Positions 37,477-47,240 of a stretch of DNA of 64,000 nt are shown here, one piece after another. The notes below the pieces were generated by a model that ran no database searches, had not been told where the DNA came from, and was given only the letters and a program-made list of their open reading frames with translations. Numbering within the stretch: the first letter of the stretch is position 1; each line of letters begins with the position of its first letter. The translations under genes were made by a program, and so were the position numbers. Source of the DNA: an uncultured Nitrososphaeria archaeon. GTDB taxonomy: Archaea; Thermoproteota; Nitrososphaeria; JACIWG01. The stretch covers positions 23,297 through 87,296 of the forward strand of contig CAYUWR010000038.1 of NCBI GenBank assembly GCA_964448685.1. The letters run 5' to 3'.

Positions 37477-38487
37477 ATGGCTGACCAGAAGGGGATCTTG
37501 GTCTTAACTTGGAGAGAAATCGACGAGCTTTTGGATATGAAGGAGGTTATCCAAAGTGTTGAAGCAGCCTTTCGTGAGAAGGGAGCTGGAAAGGTTCAGA
37601 TGCCACCCAAGATATATCTTGACTTTGGACGATATGGTGGTGACCTCAGGGCTATGCCTGCATACCTCGAAACAGCCGACGTAGCAGGAGTCAAGATCGT
37701 TAACTTCCACCTCGAGAACAGAAGCATCGGGCTGCCGAGTGTAATGGCGATGATAGAACTTGTGGATCCAAGGAATGGTAGGCCTTTAGCCATCTTGGAT
37801 GGAACCAAGATGACGTCATATAGGACGGGTGCTGCCAGCGCAGTTGCTACAAAATATTTGGCACGAAAGAACTCGAAGGTCCTCGGTGTAATCGGTGCTG
37901 GAACTCAGTCACGGACACAGATCGAGGCCATATCCAAGGTAGCTTCGCTGGAAGAGATTCACATTTACGACACAGACGAGCATGCGTCCATGAAACTGAG
38001 CAGATATGTAAAGGAAAAGGGTTTTGCCTCCAAAGTCTATGTGGAGTCTAGGGTGCAGGATGCAGTCGGAAGTGCTGATATCGTCTCGACGGTTACTCCT
38101 TCGAGATCGCCGATCGTGTTCTCGGGATGGCTTAAGGAGGGGGTGCATATTAACGCGATCGGCGCAGACGCTCCTGGAAAGCAGGAGCTAGATCCTAGAA
38201 TTCTCAAGGAGGGCAAGATCGTCGTTGATGATATGGAGCAGACGCTGCATTCTGGCGAAATAAATGTTCCAATCTCAAGGGGCATGATAAGAAAAGAAGA
38301 CGTCTATGCTGAGCTGGGAGAAATTGTGGTAGGAAAGAAGATGGGGAGGACTTCAGACTCAGAAATTACCATCTTTGATTCGACAGGCCTGGCGATATTG
38401 GATGTCGCGGTTGGAAGCTTGATATATCAGAGGGCGGTTTCAGAAAACAGGGGTACAAGGCTAGACTTAATCGACACACGTTTGTGA
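37477..38487 (+). CDS. ala: Archaeal alanine dehydrogenase (ornithine cyclodeaminase/mu-crystallin family)
   Basis: GDLRAMPAY, RTGAASAVATKYL, IGAGTQ, HINAIGADAPGKQEL and FDSTGLAILD. Confidence 0.85.
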   Translation: MADQKGILVLTWREIDELLDMKEVIQSVEAAFREKGAGKVQMPPKIYLDFGRYGGDLRAMPAYLETADVAGVKIVNFHLENRSIGLPSVMAMIELVDPRNGRPLAILDGTKMTSYRTGAASAVATKYLARKNSKVLGVIGAGTQSRTQIEAISKVASLEEIHIYDTDEHASMKLSRYVKEKGFASKVYVESRVQDAVGSADIVSTVTPSRSPIVFSGWLKEGVHINAIGADAPGKQELDPRILKEGKIVVDDMEQTLHSGEINVPISRGMIRKEDVYAELGEIVVGKKMGRTSDSEITIFDSTGLAILDVAVGSLIYQRAVSENRGTRLDLIDTRL

Positions 38488-38533
38488 GATGGCGGAGCTG
38501 CAAGGGCTATTCTTGTAGAGTAGGGAAGCAGTT

Positions 38534-39532
38534 TCAGTCGGTGTGGGCTCCGAAATCTGTGATGCTAGATTGACTTCCTCCGAGGGCTTTGGCATAATAC
38601 CCCTTTCGTCTTAGTTCGTGGGCGAATTCTCTTGGAAACCCGTGAACGGTGTAGACTTCTTCTGGGTCAACCTTCTTGACAACCTTCAGTAAGTCGTCGA
38701 AGTCGCAGTGGTCGCTTAGAGGAAGATAATGGTCTCCACTCGAGTTTCTTGTGTGCATGTCAACGGCCCACCCAGAAAAAGACAGTGTGCTGGCATTATA
38801 TCTTTCCTTCAGATAGGAGATCATACTGTTATTGGGCGAATATGATGGCGCGATCAATATCCAAGGTCTCCTGTCAAGTAGTCCTTCCTTTCTGGCTTCA
38901 AAGTAGCTCTTGAATGAGTTCAATGGCACTCCTAGGCTAGAGCAGACTTGATTCATCTTCTTGACCGATTCATGGACATAGATTGGAGACCAAGAAGAGA
39001 AAAGGTAAGAGAGGACCTGTGCCTTGCCAAGAGCATATCCACATAATATTACAGGCGTTCCCCTCGAGTAACTTTCAGAAATCAGTCTGTTGGCGTCGTC
39101 GACGACAGCAGCTGGAGAAGGAAAAATGTACCTCTTGTTTCCATATGTTGTCTCGACTATAAGGGTCCTAGCCTTCGGTATCTTGGGCGCTTTCAAGAAA
39201 GCTCTTGGCCTCAGTGCAATGTCGCCTGTGTAGAAGATTTCGCCGCCGATCAGAATGGACCTTGAGCCGACTATGTGGCCTGAATCAAATAGTTCAACCT
39301 CGTCCACACTTTTTGGGTCTGGTAGGCTGAAGCCTCTTTCACGGGCGATGGCCACGGTCTCGCTTGAAGATATGAGGTTGTTCTCCGTCCAGTTGCAGAC
39401 GTGGTCTATGTGAGCGTGGGATACGAATACGTAGTCTGCATTGGATGGCGAAAGAGGGTCAAGAGCAAAAGTTCTATCCCCATACTCAACGACGATTCCC
39501 TCGTTGGCTCTGATCACGGTCCTTTTCGGCAA
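38534..39532 (-). CDS. MBL-fold/beta-CASP-like exonuclease
   Basis: SHAHIDH, GHIVGS, YTGD, IVETTYG, GYALGKAQ and LSDHCDF. Confidence 0.85.
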   Translation of the reverse strand: MPKRTVIRANEGIVVEYGDRTFALDPLSPSNADYVFVSHAHIDHVCNWTENNLISSSETVAIARERGFSLPDPKSVDEVELFDSGHIVGSRSILIGGEIFYTGDIALRPRAFLKAPKIPKARTLIVETTYGNKRYIFPSPAAVVDDANRLISESYSRGTPVILCGYALGKAQVLSYLFSSWSPIYVHESVKKMNQVCSSLGVPLNSFKSYFEARKEGLLDRRPWILIAPSYSPNNSMISYLKERYNASTLSFSGWAVDMHTRNSSGDHYLPLSDHCDFDDLLKVVKKVDPEEVYTVHGFPREFAHELRRKGYYAKALGGSQSSITDFGAHTD

Positions 39533-39805
39533 TCTTCAGCCACCATCGTAGGACATCAAGGCTGACACATGGTATGTAATTAACCTTCGTTAAAGCATAT
39601 GTAGTTCTAACGGGATCAGTTTCCCACCAGAATTCCACGTCTTCAGCCGTCGAACCCTTTTCCATCTCGTTTGCTGATGCCCTGTTCCTTCGCGAGCATC
39701 TTGAAATTAGATCGACTGTCTACATGACTTGAGGTTTATTGTACATAATGTATTGTGGCCTTCTTAAAGGATAAAATAGTAGCATATCAAATCCTAGGAT
39801 GCAAA

Positions 39806-41023
39806 ATGCCAGTAAAAATAGGCTTGATTGGAAAGACAAATACGGGCAAGACCACATTCTTCAACTCGGCCACCCTTCAGACGGCAGAAGTCTCAACCTA
39901 CCCTTTCACAACCAAGACGCCCAATATGGGGGTCGCCAATGTCGTAACTCTCTGTGTTCACAGGGAGTTTAGGGTGAAGGACAACCCTAGGAATTCCAGA
40001 TGTGAAGACGGATGGAGGTTCATCCCGATCGAGCTTGTCGACCTCCCAGGCCTGATCAAAGGTGCATGGATGGGAAAGGGACTGGGCAACCAGTTCTTGT
40101 CTGTGGCAGCCCAGTCTGACGCCTTGGTCCACATTGTGGATGCTTCAGGTTCGATAGATTCTGAGGGGAGGATAGCGGAACCTGGCACCGGAGATCCGGT
40201 CGCCGACATCGCTGACATCGAAGAAGAGCTTGTCATGTGGTATCTTAAGCTGATTCTGGCAAACCAGGACCGAATAGAAAGAGATCTTAAGAAGGAGATA
40301 GACTTGCCGACTTCGATTCAGGGCTTCATGCAGGGAATCGGGATTACGAAGGCGCATGTCGAGCAGGCCATTGAAAAGGCTGGTTTGGCGCAAAAGGACT
40401 ACCTTAACTGGAGTGAGACGGAATTGAAGGATTTCACGTGGACGCTTAGAGATGTCTCGAAGCCTACCATAATAGTCGCGAACAAGATGGACCTTCCACA
40501 TGCCCAAGAAAACTTTGAGAGAATCCGCGAAGAGTACTCAGACGTGATAGTGGTTCCAGCAAGCGCTGAAGCAGAATTGACTTTGAGGAGAGCTGAGCAG
40601 AAGGGTTACATAAAATATGTTCCAGGCGAAGAAAGGTTTATGATACTTGACTCAGGCCATCTGACGGACAACCAAAAGTGGGCTTTGAACTTCATACGCA
40701 AGACAATATTGCGTCAGTACCTTCACACGGGAGTGCAGTTTGCGCTGAATGTTGCCGTCTTCAAGCTTTTGAAGATGAGTACTGTTTATCCGGTCTATGA
40801 TCCTAAGACGTTGACGGATAAGGATGGAAATGTCCTCCCCGATGTTCACTTGATGCCTTCAGGTTCGACTATAGCCGACCTCGCAAGAGAGGTTCATACT
40901 GCTTTGGCGAAGGGGCTACTTTATGGCATAGACTGTCGTGACGGAATAAGGTTGCCTGCCTCATATAAGCTTAGAGACAGGGATGTCATCTCTTTGGTTT
41001 CGGCAAGCTCCAAGAAAAAGTAG
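39806..41023 (+). CDS. ychF: YchF/Obg-family redox-regulated ATPase (with TGS domain)
   Basis: GKTNTGKT, YPFTT, DLPGLIKGAWMGKGLGNQFL, NKMD and C-terminal TGS; ATG at 39806 preferred. Confidence 0.9.
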   Translation: MPVKIGLIGKTNTGKTTFFNSATLQTAEVSTYPFTTKTPNMGVANVVTLCVHREFRVKDNPRNSRCEDGWRFIPIELVDLPGLIKGAWMGKGLGNQFLSVAAQSDALVHIVDASGSIDSEGRIAEPGTGDPVADIADIEEELVMWYLKLILANQDRIERDLKKEIDLPTSIQGFMQGIGITKAHVEQAIEKAGLAQKDYLNWSETELKDFTWTLRDVSKPTIIVANKMDLPHAQENFERIREEYSDVIVVPASAEAELTLRRAEQKGYIKYVPGEERFMILDSGHLTDNQKWALNFIRKTILRQYLHTGVQFALNVAVFKLLKMSTVYPVYDPKTLTDKDGNVLPDVHLMPSGSTIADLAREVHTALAKGLLYGIDCRDGIRLPASYKLRDRDVISLVSASSKKK

Positions 41024-41072
41024 CTGTAAATGTGATGCACTTGGCAGCATATGAGGGGTGAATAAAAGCATA

Positions 41073-41097
41073 CTCCCATCAGGCCTGATCGTGGGAG
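41073..41097. other. Hairpin between convergent ychF and cysS (possible terminator element)
   Basis: ctccca/tgggag arms enclosing most of the 12-bp palindrome atcaggcctgat. Confidence 0.35.
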
Positions 41098-41169
41098 AGC
41101 AGATTGGGCCAAGAATGCTGTCCGGACTCCGAATCTATTTATGTGAAAATACACATTTAGAGAAACGAT

Positions 41170-42624
41170 TCAGAGCCTTCTCCAGCGTTCACCTTCTTTG
41201 ATGTCTTCAATAAGTATTCCGAATCTGACTTTAAGTTCTTCTCTGATCTTGTCAGCTAGTTCGAAGTTTTTTTCCTGTCTCGCTCTTCTTCTTGCCGCTA
41301 TGAGGCTCTTGGCTTCCTCTGGAAGTTCTTTTTCGCCTTCTATGAATTCGTTCAGCTTGAGTCCGAGGACTCTGTCAAACCATAACATTAGTTCTACTAT
41401 CTTCTCTGAATCCTTCTTTGTGATCATGTTTTTTGCTAGCATTTTGTTGACGTCGGAGATGAAATCGAAGAATACGGCTAAGGCCTTAGGCATGTTTATG
41501 TCATCATTTAATGCTCTAAGGAAACCGGCTCTCGCTCTACCAATTAGGGGACGGAGCCTTCTTGAATGTCTTCCTTCCTGTACGCTATTGAGCTTCTTGA
41601 GGAATTCGGCGATTCTGCTTATGGACGCTCTTGCGGCATCTAGGCCTCTGAAGGTGAAGTCGAGTTGATGTCGGTAGTGAGAGGACATAAGAAGGTATCT
41701 TATTTCCCTCCAGCTGTATCCCTTGTCCATGACATCTTTAAGGGTGTAGTAGTTCTTCAGGGACTTTGACATCTTCTTTCCTTCGACTAGAAGGAATTGG
41801 CAGTGGATCCAATAGTGCACAAACGTCTTTCCTGTCGCAGCTTCGCTTTGAGCTATCTCATTGCAGTGGTGTATGTATATGTGGTCGATTCCTCCACAGT
41901 GGATGTCAAAGGTTTCTCCAAGATACTTCATGCTCATGGCGCTGCATTCGATATGCCAGCCGGGGAAGCCTGTTCCCCATGGGGAAGGCCACTCCATCTG
42001 CCTTTTGACATCTTTCGGAGAAAACTTCCACAGTGCGAAGTCTGTGATGTTTCTCTTACCTGGGATAACTTCCACTCTTGCACCTGCCTTCAGGTACCTG
42101 TTCAGCTGTTTGAAGTTCATTCCTGTAAGTTTGCCATATTCTTTAAACTTGGATGTGTCAAAGTATATGCCGTCGCCTTCGATTGTGTACGTGTATCCTT
42201 TGTCTTCCAGCTTCTTGATCAGCTCTATCATTTCCTTTATATTTTCTGTTGCCTTAACTATGATATGTGGCTTCAAGATATTCAATGTCTCAAGATCTTT
42301 GAAGAAGACGGCTGTAAAGTATTCGGCGAGCTCCCAAGCGTTCTTCTTCAGCTCTCTAGCCATCATCTCGACTTTGTCTTCGCCAGAATCAGCTTGGCTT
42401 GTCAGATGACCTACATCTGTGATGTTCATTACATGAGTTACTTTGTAGCCGTTGACTTCTAGTACACGTCTAATGACGTCCTCGTCAATGTAGGTCCTCA
42501 GGTTTCCTATGTGAGGGTAATCGTAGACCGTCAGCCCACAGCAGTACATCTTAACCTCCTGGTCCTTTATCGGCTTGAATATTTGTTTTCTTCGTCCGAG
42601 GGTGTTATAGAACCTTATCGCCAA
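41170..42624 (-). CDS. cysS: Cysteine--tRNA ligase
   Basis: CGLTVYD.PHIGN, DFALWK, PGWHIECSAM, HCNEIAQ and KMSKS. Confidence 0.97.
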   Translation of the reverse strand: MAIRFYNTLGRRKQIFKPIKDQEVKMYCCGLTVYDYPHIGNLRTYIDEDVIRRVLEVNGYKVTHVMNITDVGHLTSQADSGEDKVEMMARELKKNAWELAEYFTAVFFKDLETLNILKPHIIVKATENIKEMIELIKKLEDKGYTYTIEGDGIYFDTSKFKEYGKLTGMNFKQLNRYLKAGARVEVIPGKRNITDFALWKFSPKDVKRQMEWPSPWGTGFPGWHIECSAMSMKYLGETFDIHCGGIDHIYIHHCNEIAQSEAATGKTFVHYWIHCQFLLVEGKKMSKSLKNYYTLKDVMDKGYSWREIRYLLMSSHYRHQLDFTFRGLDAARASISRIAEFLKKLNSVQEGRHSRRLRPLIGRARAGFLRALNDDINMPKALAVFFDFISDVNKMLAKNMITKKDSEKIVELMLWFDRVLGLKLNEFIEGEKELPEEAKSLIAARRRARQEKNFELADKIREELKVRFGILIEDIKEGERWRRL

Positions 42625-42708
42625 TCTTTCTTCCTCGCTCCAGTATTAGGCTGCGAAAATCTAATATAGGTTTTTTTGAAGAAACATTGTATTGTATGCG
42701 TTGAAGTT

Positions 42709-45700
42709 TCAGGTTGCCGGCTTCATCTCACTTGTTTTATGATATTCCTGCAGTGATTTGGCCTCGAATTCCTTGACATGTGAGACGCCTTTGATCAGCT
42801 GTTCTAGGACACTGGGGACTGTGACCACCTGTATCCCCATTTCCACGGCTTTTCTTCTTATGGCGTATTCGTCTTCCATGACGGTCTCAATTTCCTCTAC
42901 ACTCTTTGGTTCAGGTATGTTGATGACCAAGTCTATTCTACGGTTAACTATGTACGTGAGAACGTTCGGCTCCACCTTATCGCTGACCTTGTTAAGTACC
43001 TTAACGTTGAGTCCTCTTTCCTTAAAGTAGGCTGCAGTTCCAGGTGTACAGTATATATTGCATCCGAGCCAGAGTAGCTGTCTAACCAATGGCTCTATCT
43101 CAGCCTTTCTCATGTCTGTGCCTACGCTGACGAAGACGTTCCACCTCGGGTTTGTGGGTGCCTTCGATCCGACTGCGATTGAGGCTTTGACTAATGCTTC
43201 ATAGAAGTTGTCGCCGAGGCATGCTGCCTCACCTGTGGACTTCATTTCAACCCCTAGGATTGGGTCTGCGCCGTCTATCTGCATGAAGGAGAACTGGGGT
43301 GCCTTCACACCAACATGTGATACCTTCACTTCGTCTGCGTCTTCTATGCCCAAGTTCAGGAGTGCTCTTGCAGAGTAGTCCATCAAGTTTATTCCCTTGA
43401 CTTTGGATACGAAAGGCATCGACCTGCTAGCCCTCAGGTTACATTCTATCACGCTCACCTCATGTCCTTTAACCAAGTACTGTATGTTGAATGGCCCGAC
43501 GATCTTCAACGCTCTAGCGATCTTTCTGGAGTAGTCGTTGAGAGTTGCGATGTGATGGCTTGAAAGATGCTGTGATGGGATTATCATGGTGGCGTCTCCT
43601 GAATGGATACCCGCCTGTTCAAGATGCTCTATGATCGCGCCTATGACGACGTTTGCGCCATCGCATACGCCGTCGACTTCCACTTCCATCGCTCCACCTA
43701 CGAACTTGCTGACCGTCACAGGGAACTCCCTCGTGACCTTCGCCGCTCTCTTCAAGAAGTCTTCCAGTTGACGATCGTTCCAAGCGACCTTCATGACAGA
43801 GCCTCCTAGCACATAAGATGGCCGCACTATGACCGGATAACCTATGGTTTCAGCAAACTTCTTTGCATCATCGATCGAGCTGAACTTCGCCCATTTGGGT
43901 TGAGGGATGCCGAGGCTGTCTAAGAGAGAGCTGAACTTGACTCGGTCTTCAGCTCTGTCAACGTTCTCGCCTTCGGTGCCGAGGATTCTAACATTCCATT
44001 TGGAGAGTTTCGGTGCGAGGTTGTTTGCGGTCTGTCCTCCGACGCAGGTGACCACCCCTATTGGATCTTCCTTTTCGTAGATGTCCAGAACCCTCTCTAA
44101 TGTTATCTCTTCAAAGTAGAGTTTGTCGCTCATGTCGTAGTCGGTTGATACTGTTTCAGGATTGCAGTTGACGACGATGGTTTCGTTGACGCCCAGCTTC
44201 TTTAGAGACCAAACCAGGTTCATGGTGCTCCAGTCGAATTCGACAGAGCTTCCTATTCTGTATGTTCCCGCCCCCAGAACTATCACCTTGTTCTTACTGT
44301 CTCTGAAGTCGATGTCGTCTTGGTCTCCTCCATATGTTAGGTAGAGGTAGTTGGTTTTGGCAGGCCACTCCGCAGCCAAGGTGTCCACCTGCTTGACGAC
44401 AGGCGTGATTCCAAATGTCTTCCTGAATTCCCTGACTTGCCTTTCGGTCGCCTTCACCGCCCTTGCTATTTGGCTGTCTGAGAAGCCTATCTTCTTAGCA
44501 TCCTTGACTAATGAGACGCAGTCTTTGCTGAGTTCACCTAATGCTTTCAGCTTCTGCTCCATGTCGACGATCTTCTTTATCTTCTCAATGAACCATCTGT
44601 CGATCCATGTCAGCTTGCAGATTCTCCCAACGCTGACGCCAGCCTTCAGCGCCTTAACTATGTTGAGAAGTATCGAATCAGTCGGCATCGATAAGACGTT
44701 TTCGAGTTGTTCTATGGATTCGCCTTCTAGGTCTGCTGAAAGGCCGTCAAGTCCCACATCAAGCATTCTCATTGCCTTCTGCAATGCTTCTTCGAAGGTT
44801 CTGCCGATGGCCATAACTTCTCCAACGGACTTCATTTGTGTCCTTAGCCTCCTGTCCACGTAACCGAATTTTGAAAGATCCCATCTTGGAACCTTGAAGA
44901 CGACGTAGTCCAGTGCTGGCTCAAAGAAGGAGCTTGTCACGTTCGTCACCTTATTGGTTATTTCAGGAAGGCTGTAGCCCACTGCAAGCTTGGCGGCGAT
45001 GTATGCGAGAGGATAGCCTGTGGCTTTGCTTGCGAGAGCAGAAGACCTGGAAAGTCTTGGATTTATTTCAATTATATAGAACTTGTTTGAATTGGGATCT
45101 AGTGCGAGTTGCACGTTGCATTCTCCAACTATCTTGCTGGCCCTGGTGGCCTTTATCGAAGCCTCTCTTAGAAGGTGATATTCGTCGTTGGTGAGCGTCT
45201 GAGATGGAGAAACCACAAAATTGTCTCCCGTATGCACTCTCATGCCCAGCATGTTTTCCATGTTGCAGACGGTTATCGCGTTATCCTCATAGTCTCGTAC
45301 GACCTCATATTCTACCTGCTTGTATTTTCCTATGTATTCTTCGATTAGAACCTGGCCGATGTAGCTGTTGGCGATCCCTCTGCTTACAATCTCATCTAGT
45401 TCTAGCTGGTTGTAGGCTACGCCTCCCCCTCTTCCGCCGAGGTTGTATGCCACCCTCACTATGACAGGATAGCCTATTCTTTCGGCTACCGCCAACGCGT
45501 CTTTGACGTTTGTGACAGCCTCGCTTGCAAGCACCGGGAGGCCGTTGTTCTCCATCGTCCTCCTGAAGAGTTGTCTGTCTGAAGTTATGTTTATACTCTC
45601 AACACTGGTTCCAAGAACTTTGACACCGTACTTCTCAAATACCCCCCTGTTGTAGAGTTCGAAGCCGCAGTTCAATGCGGTCTGGCCTCCGAAGCCCAGC

Positions 45701-45960
45701 AGTACACCATCTGGGCGTTCCTTTACGATAACCTTCTCGACAAATTCGGGTGTTGTAGGAAGCAGGTATACCCTGTCAGCCATCTTGGGGTCTGTTTGGA
45801 TGGTGGCAATATTCGAGTTGACCAAAACCGTCTCAATCTCTTCCTCCTTTAGAGCCTTGAGCGCCTGAGTACCTGAGTAGTCGAATTCTCCGGCCATCGA
45901 TATCTGAATTGGGCCTGAGCCTATTACCAGAACCTTTTTGACGGAATCGAACTTTGGCAT
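42709..45960 (-). CDS. carB: Carbamoyl-phosphate synthase large subunit
   Basis: GSGPIQISMAGEFDYSG, EINPRLSRSSALASKATGYP, second ATP-grasp half and C-terminal MGS domain; intact 1083 aa. Confidence 0.98.
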   Translation of the reverse strand: MPKFDSVKKVLVIGSGPIQISMAGEFDYSGTQALKALKEEEIETVLVNSNIATIQTDPKMADRVYLLPTTPEFVEKVIVKERPDGVLLGFGGQTALNCGFELYNRGVFEKYGVKVLGTSVESINITSDRQLFRRTMENNGLPVLASEAVTNVKDALAVAERIGYPVIVRVAYNLGGRGGGVAYNQLELDEIVSRGIANSYIGQVLIEEYIGKYKQVEYEVVRDYEDNAITVCNMENMLGMRVHTGDNFVVSPSQTLTNDEYHLLREASIKATRASKIVGECNVQLALDPNSNKFYIIEINPRLSRSSALASKATGYPLAYIAAKLAVGYSLPEITNKVTNVTSSFFEPALDYVVFKVPRWDLSKFGYVDRRLRTQMKSVGEVMAIGRTFEEALQKAMRMLDVGLDGLSADLEGESIEQLENVLSMPTDSILLNIVKALKAGVSVGRICKLTWIDRWFIEKIKKIVDMEQKLKALGELSKDCVSLVKDAKKIGFSDSQIARAVKATERQVREFRKTFGITPVVKQVDTLAAEWPAKTNYLYLTYGGDQDDIDFRDSKNKVIVLGAGTYRIGSSVEFDWSTMNLVWSLKKLGVNETIVVNCNPETVSTDYDMSDKLYFEEITLERVLDIYEKEDPIGVVTCVGGQTANNLAPKLSKWNVRILGTEGENVDRAEDRVKFSSLLDSLGIPQPKWAKFSSIDDAKKFAETIGYPVIVRPSYVLGGSVMKVAWNDRQLEDFLKRAAKVTREFPVTVSKFVGGAMEVEVDGVCDGANVVIGAIIEHLEQAGIHSGDATMIIPSQHLSSHHIATLNDYSRKIARALKIVGPFNIQYLVKGHEVSVIECNLRASRSMPFVSKVKGINLMDYSARALLNLGIEDADEVKVSHVGVKAPQFSFMQIDGADPILGVEMKSTGEAACLGDNFYEALVKASIAVGSKAPTNPRWNVFVSVGTDMRKAEIEPLVRQLLWLGCNIYCTPGTAAYFKERGLNVKVLNKVSDKVEPNVLTYIVNRRIDLVINIPEPKSVEEIETVMEDEYAIRRKAVEMGIQVVTVPSVLEQLIKGVSHVKEFEAKSLQEYHKTSEMKPAT

Positions 45961-45961
45961 C

Positions 45962-47128
45962 TTATGAGTTCACCATCTTCTTGAAGACATCAAAGATGAA
46001 GGTGGTATCATAGGGGCCAGGTGAGGCTTCTGGATGGAACTGAGTTGAAATTATGGGCCTCGTACCATGCCTTAACCCTTCTATCGTGCCGTCATCGATA
46101 TTCTTTAGCCAGACTCGGAAATCTGTTTTGCTGAGGGACTGTTCGTCTACGGCGTAGCCGTGGTTTTCGCTGACGATATAGCATTTGCGGTTGGCTAGAT
46201 CGAGGGCTGGCTTGTTCTGGCCTCTGTGACCGAACTTCAGCTTGTAGGTGTCAGCTCCTGCTGCAAGGGAAAGTATTTGGTTGCCTAAGCATATCCCCAA
46301 TATCGGCTTCTCGTATTCGTCTAGAAGTTGCCTTGCGACCTTTATAGGATCCTTAAGCTGCTTTGGGTCTCCTGGGCCGTTGCTTAACACGATCCCGTCT
46401 GGGTTGTAGCTTAGTATCAAGTCTGCGGTGGAATCGTAGGGTACCCTTACCACCTTAAACCCTCTGGCCAAAAGGTTCCTTATTATGTTGTATTTTGTAC
46501 CGTAGTCGACGAGAACCAAGATCTTTTCACCTTTTCCATAGATCTTAGGCGACCTCATGCTGACTTCCCGTACGAAGTTTATTTCTCCATACTTGGCTGA
46601 CTCTCGAAGCATCGTGAATCCTTTCTCCGGCTTCTCGTCTACAACGATCGCGCCCATCATTACACCTTTAACCCTGATCTTTTGGGTCAGGCTTCTCGTG
46701 TCCACGTCGTAGACTCCTGGAATCTCCTCAGCCATGAGCCATTCGTTGATTGTCTGGACTGAAGCCCAATGAGATGGCTGATCGCAGTGTTCGTGAACTA
46801 TTGTTCCTTGTGCTTTGATCGAGTCGGATTCAAAGTATCTGGGTAACCCATATTCGTCGACGTTGGAGAAGCTTGGAACCCCATAGTTGCCTATCAGAGG
46901 GTACGTGAACATAAGAATCTGTCCCCTGTAGGATGGGTCTGTGAGCGACTTAGTGTATCCGACCATTCCTGTGGTGAAAACGACTTCTCCTACGACATCC
47001 CGTTGACATCCAAAGGCCTTGCCTTCTACTGTGGTTCCGTCGTCAAGAACGATCCACGCCTTTTTCGGTTTGCTCGTGAACCCTCTCCAGCTAATACCAT
47101 GACCATTTTTAAGTCTTTCTCTCACCAT
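45962..47128 (-). CDS. carA: Carbamoyl-phosphate synthase small subunit
   Basis: GEVVFTTGMVGY, SNGPGDP, GICLG (catalytic Cys), LKFGHRGQN and QFHPEASPGP. Confidence 0.98.
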   Translation of the reverse strand: MVRERLKNGHGISWRGFTSKPKKAWIVLDDGTTVEGKAFGCQRDVVGEVVFTTGMVGYTKSLTDPSYRGQILMFTYPLIGNYGVPSFSNVDEYGLPRYFESDSIKAQGTIVHEHCDQPSHWASVQTINEWLMAEEIPGVYDVDTRSLTQKIRVKGVMMGAIVVDEKPEKGFTMLRESAKYGEINFVREVSMRSPKIYGKGEKILVLVDYGTKYNIIRNLLARGFKVVRVPYDSTADLILSYNPDGIVLSNGPGDPKQLKDPIKVARQLLDEYEKPILGICLGNQILSLAAGADTYKLKFGHRGQNKPALDLANRKCYIVSENHGYAVDEQSLSKTDFRVWLKNIDDGTIEGLRHGTRPIISTQFHPEASPGPYDTTFIFDVFKKMVNS

Positions 47129-47240
47129 GGCGGTCCGTTGACGACCCCATCTTCGGTTTCCCTTGAATCGCTCATCTGCCTGTTGGAGGGTGGACTTCGA
47201 GATAAGTTAAAATGATATGGGAAGACAGAAGTCTTAGGCG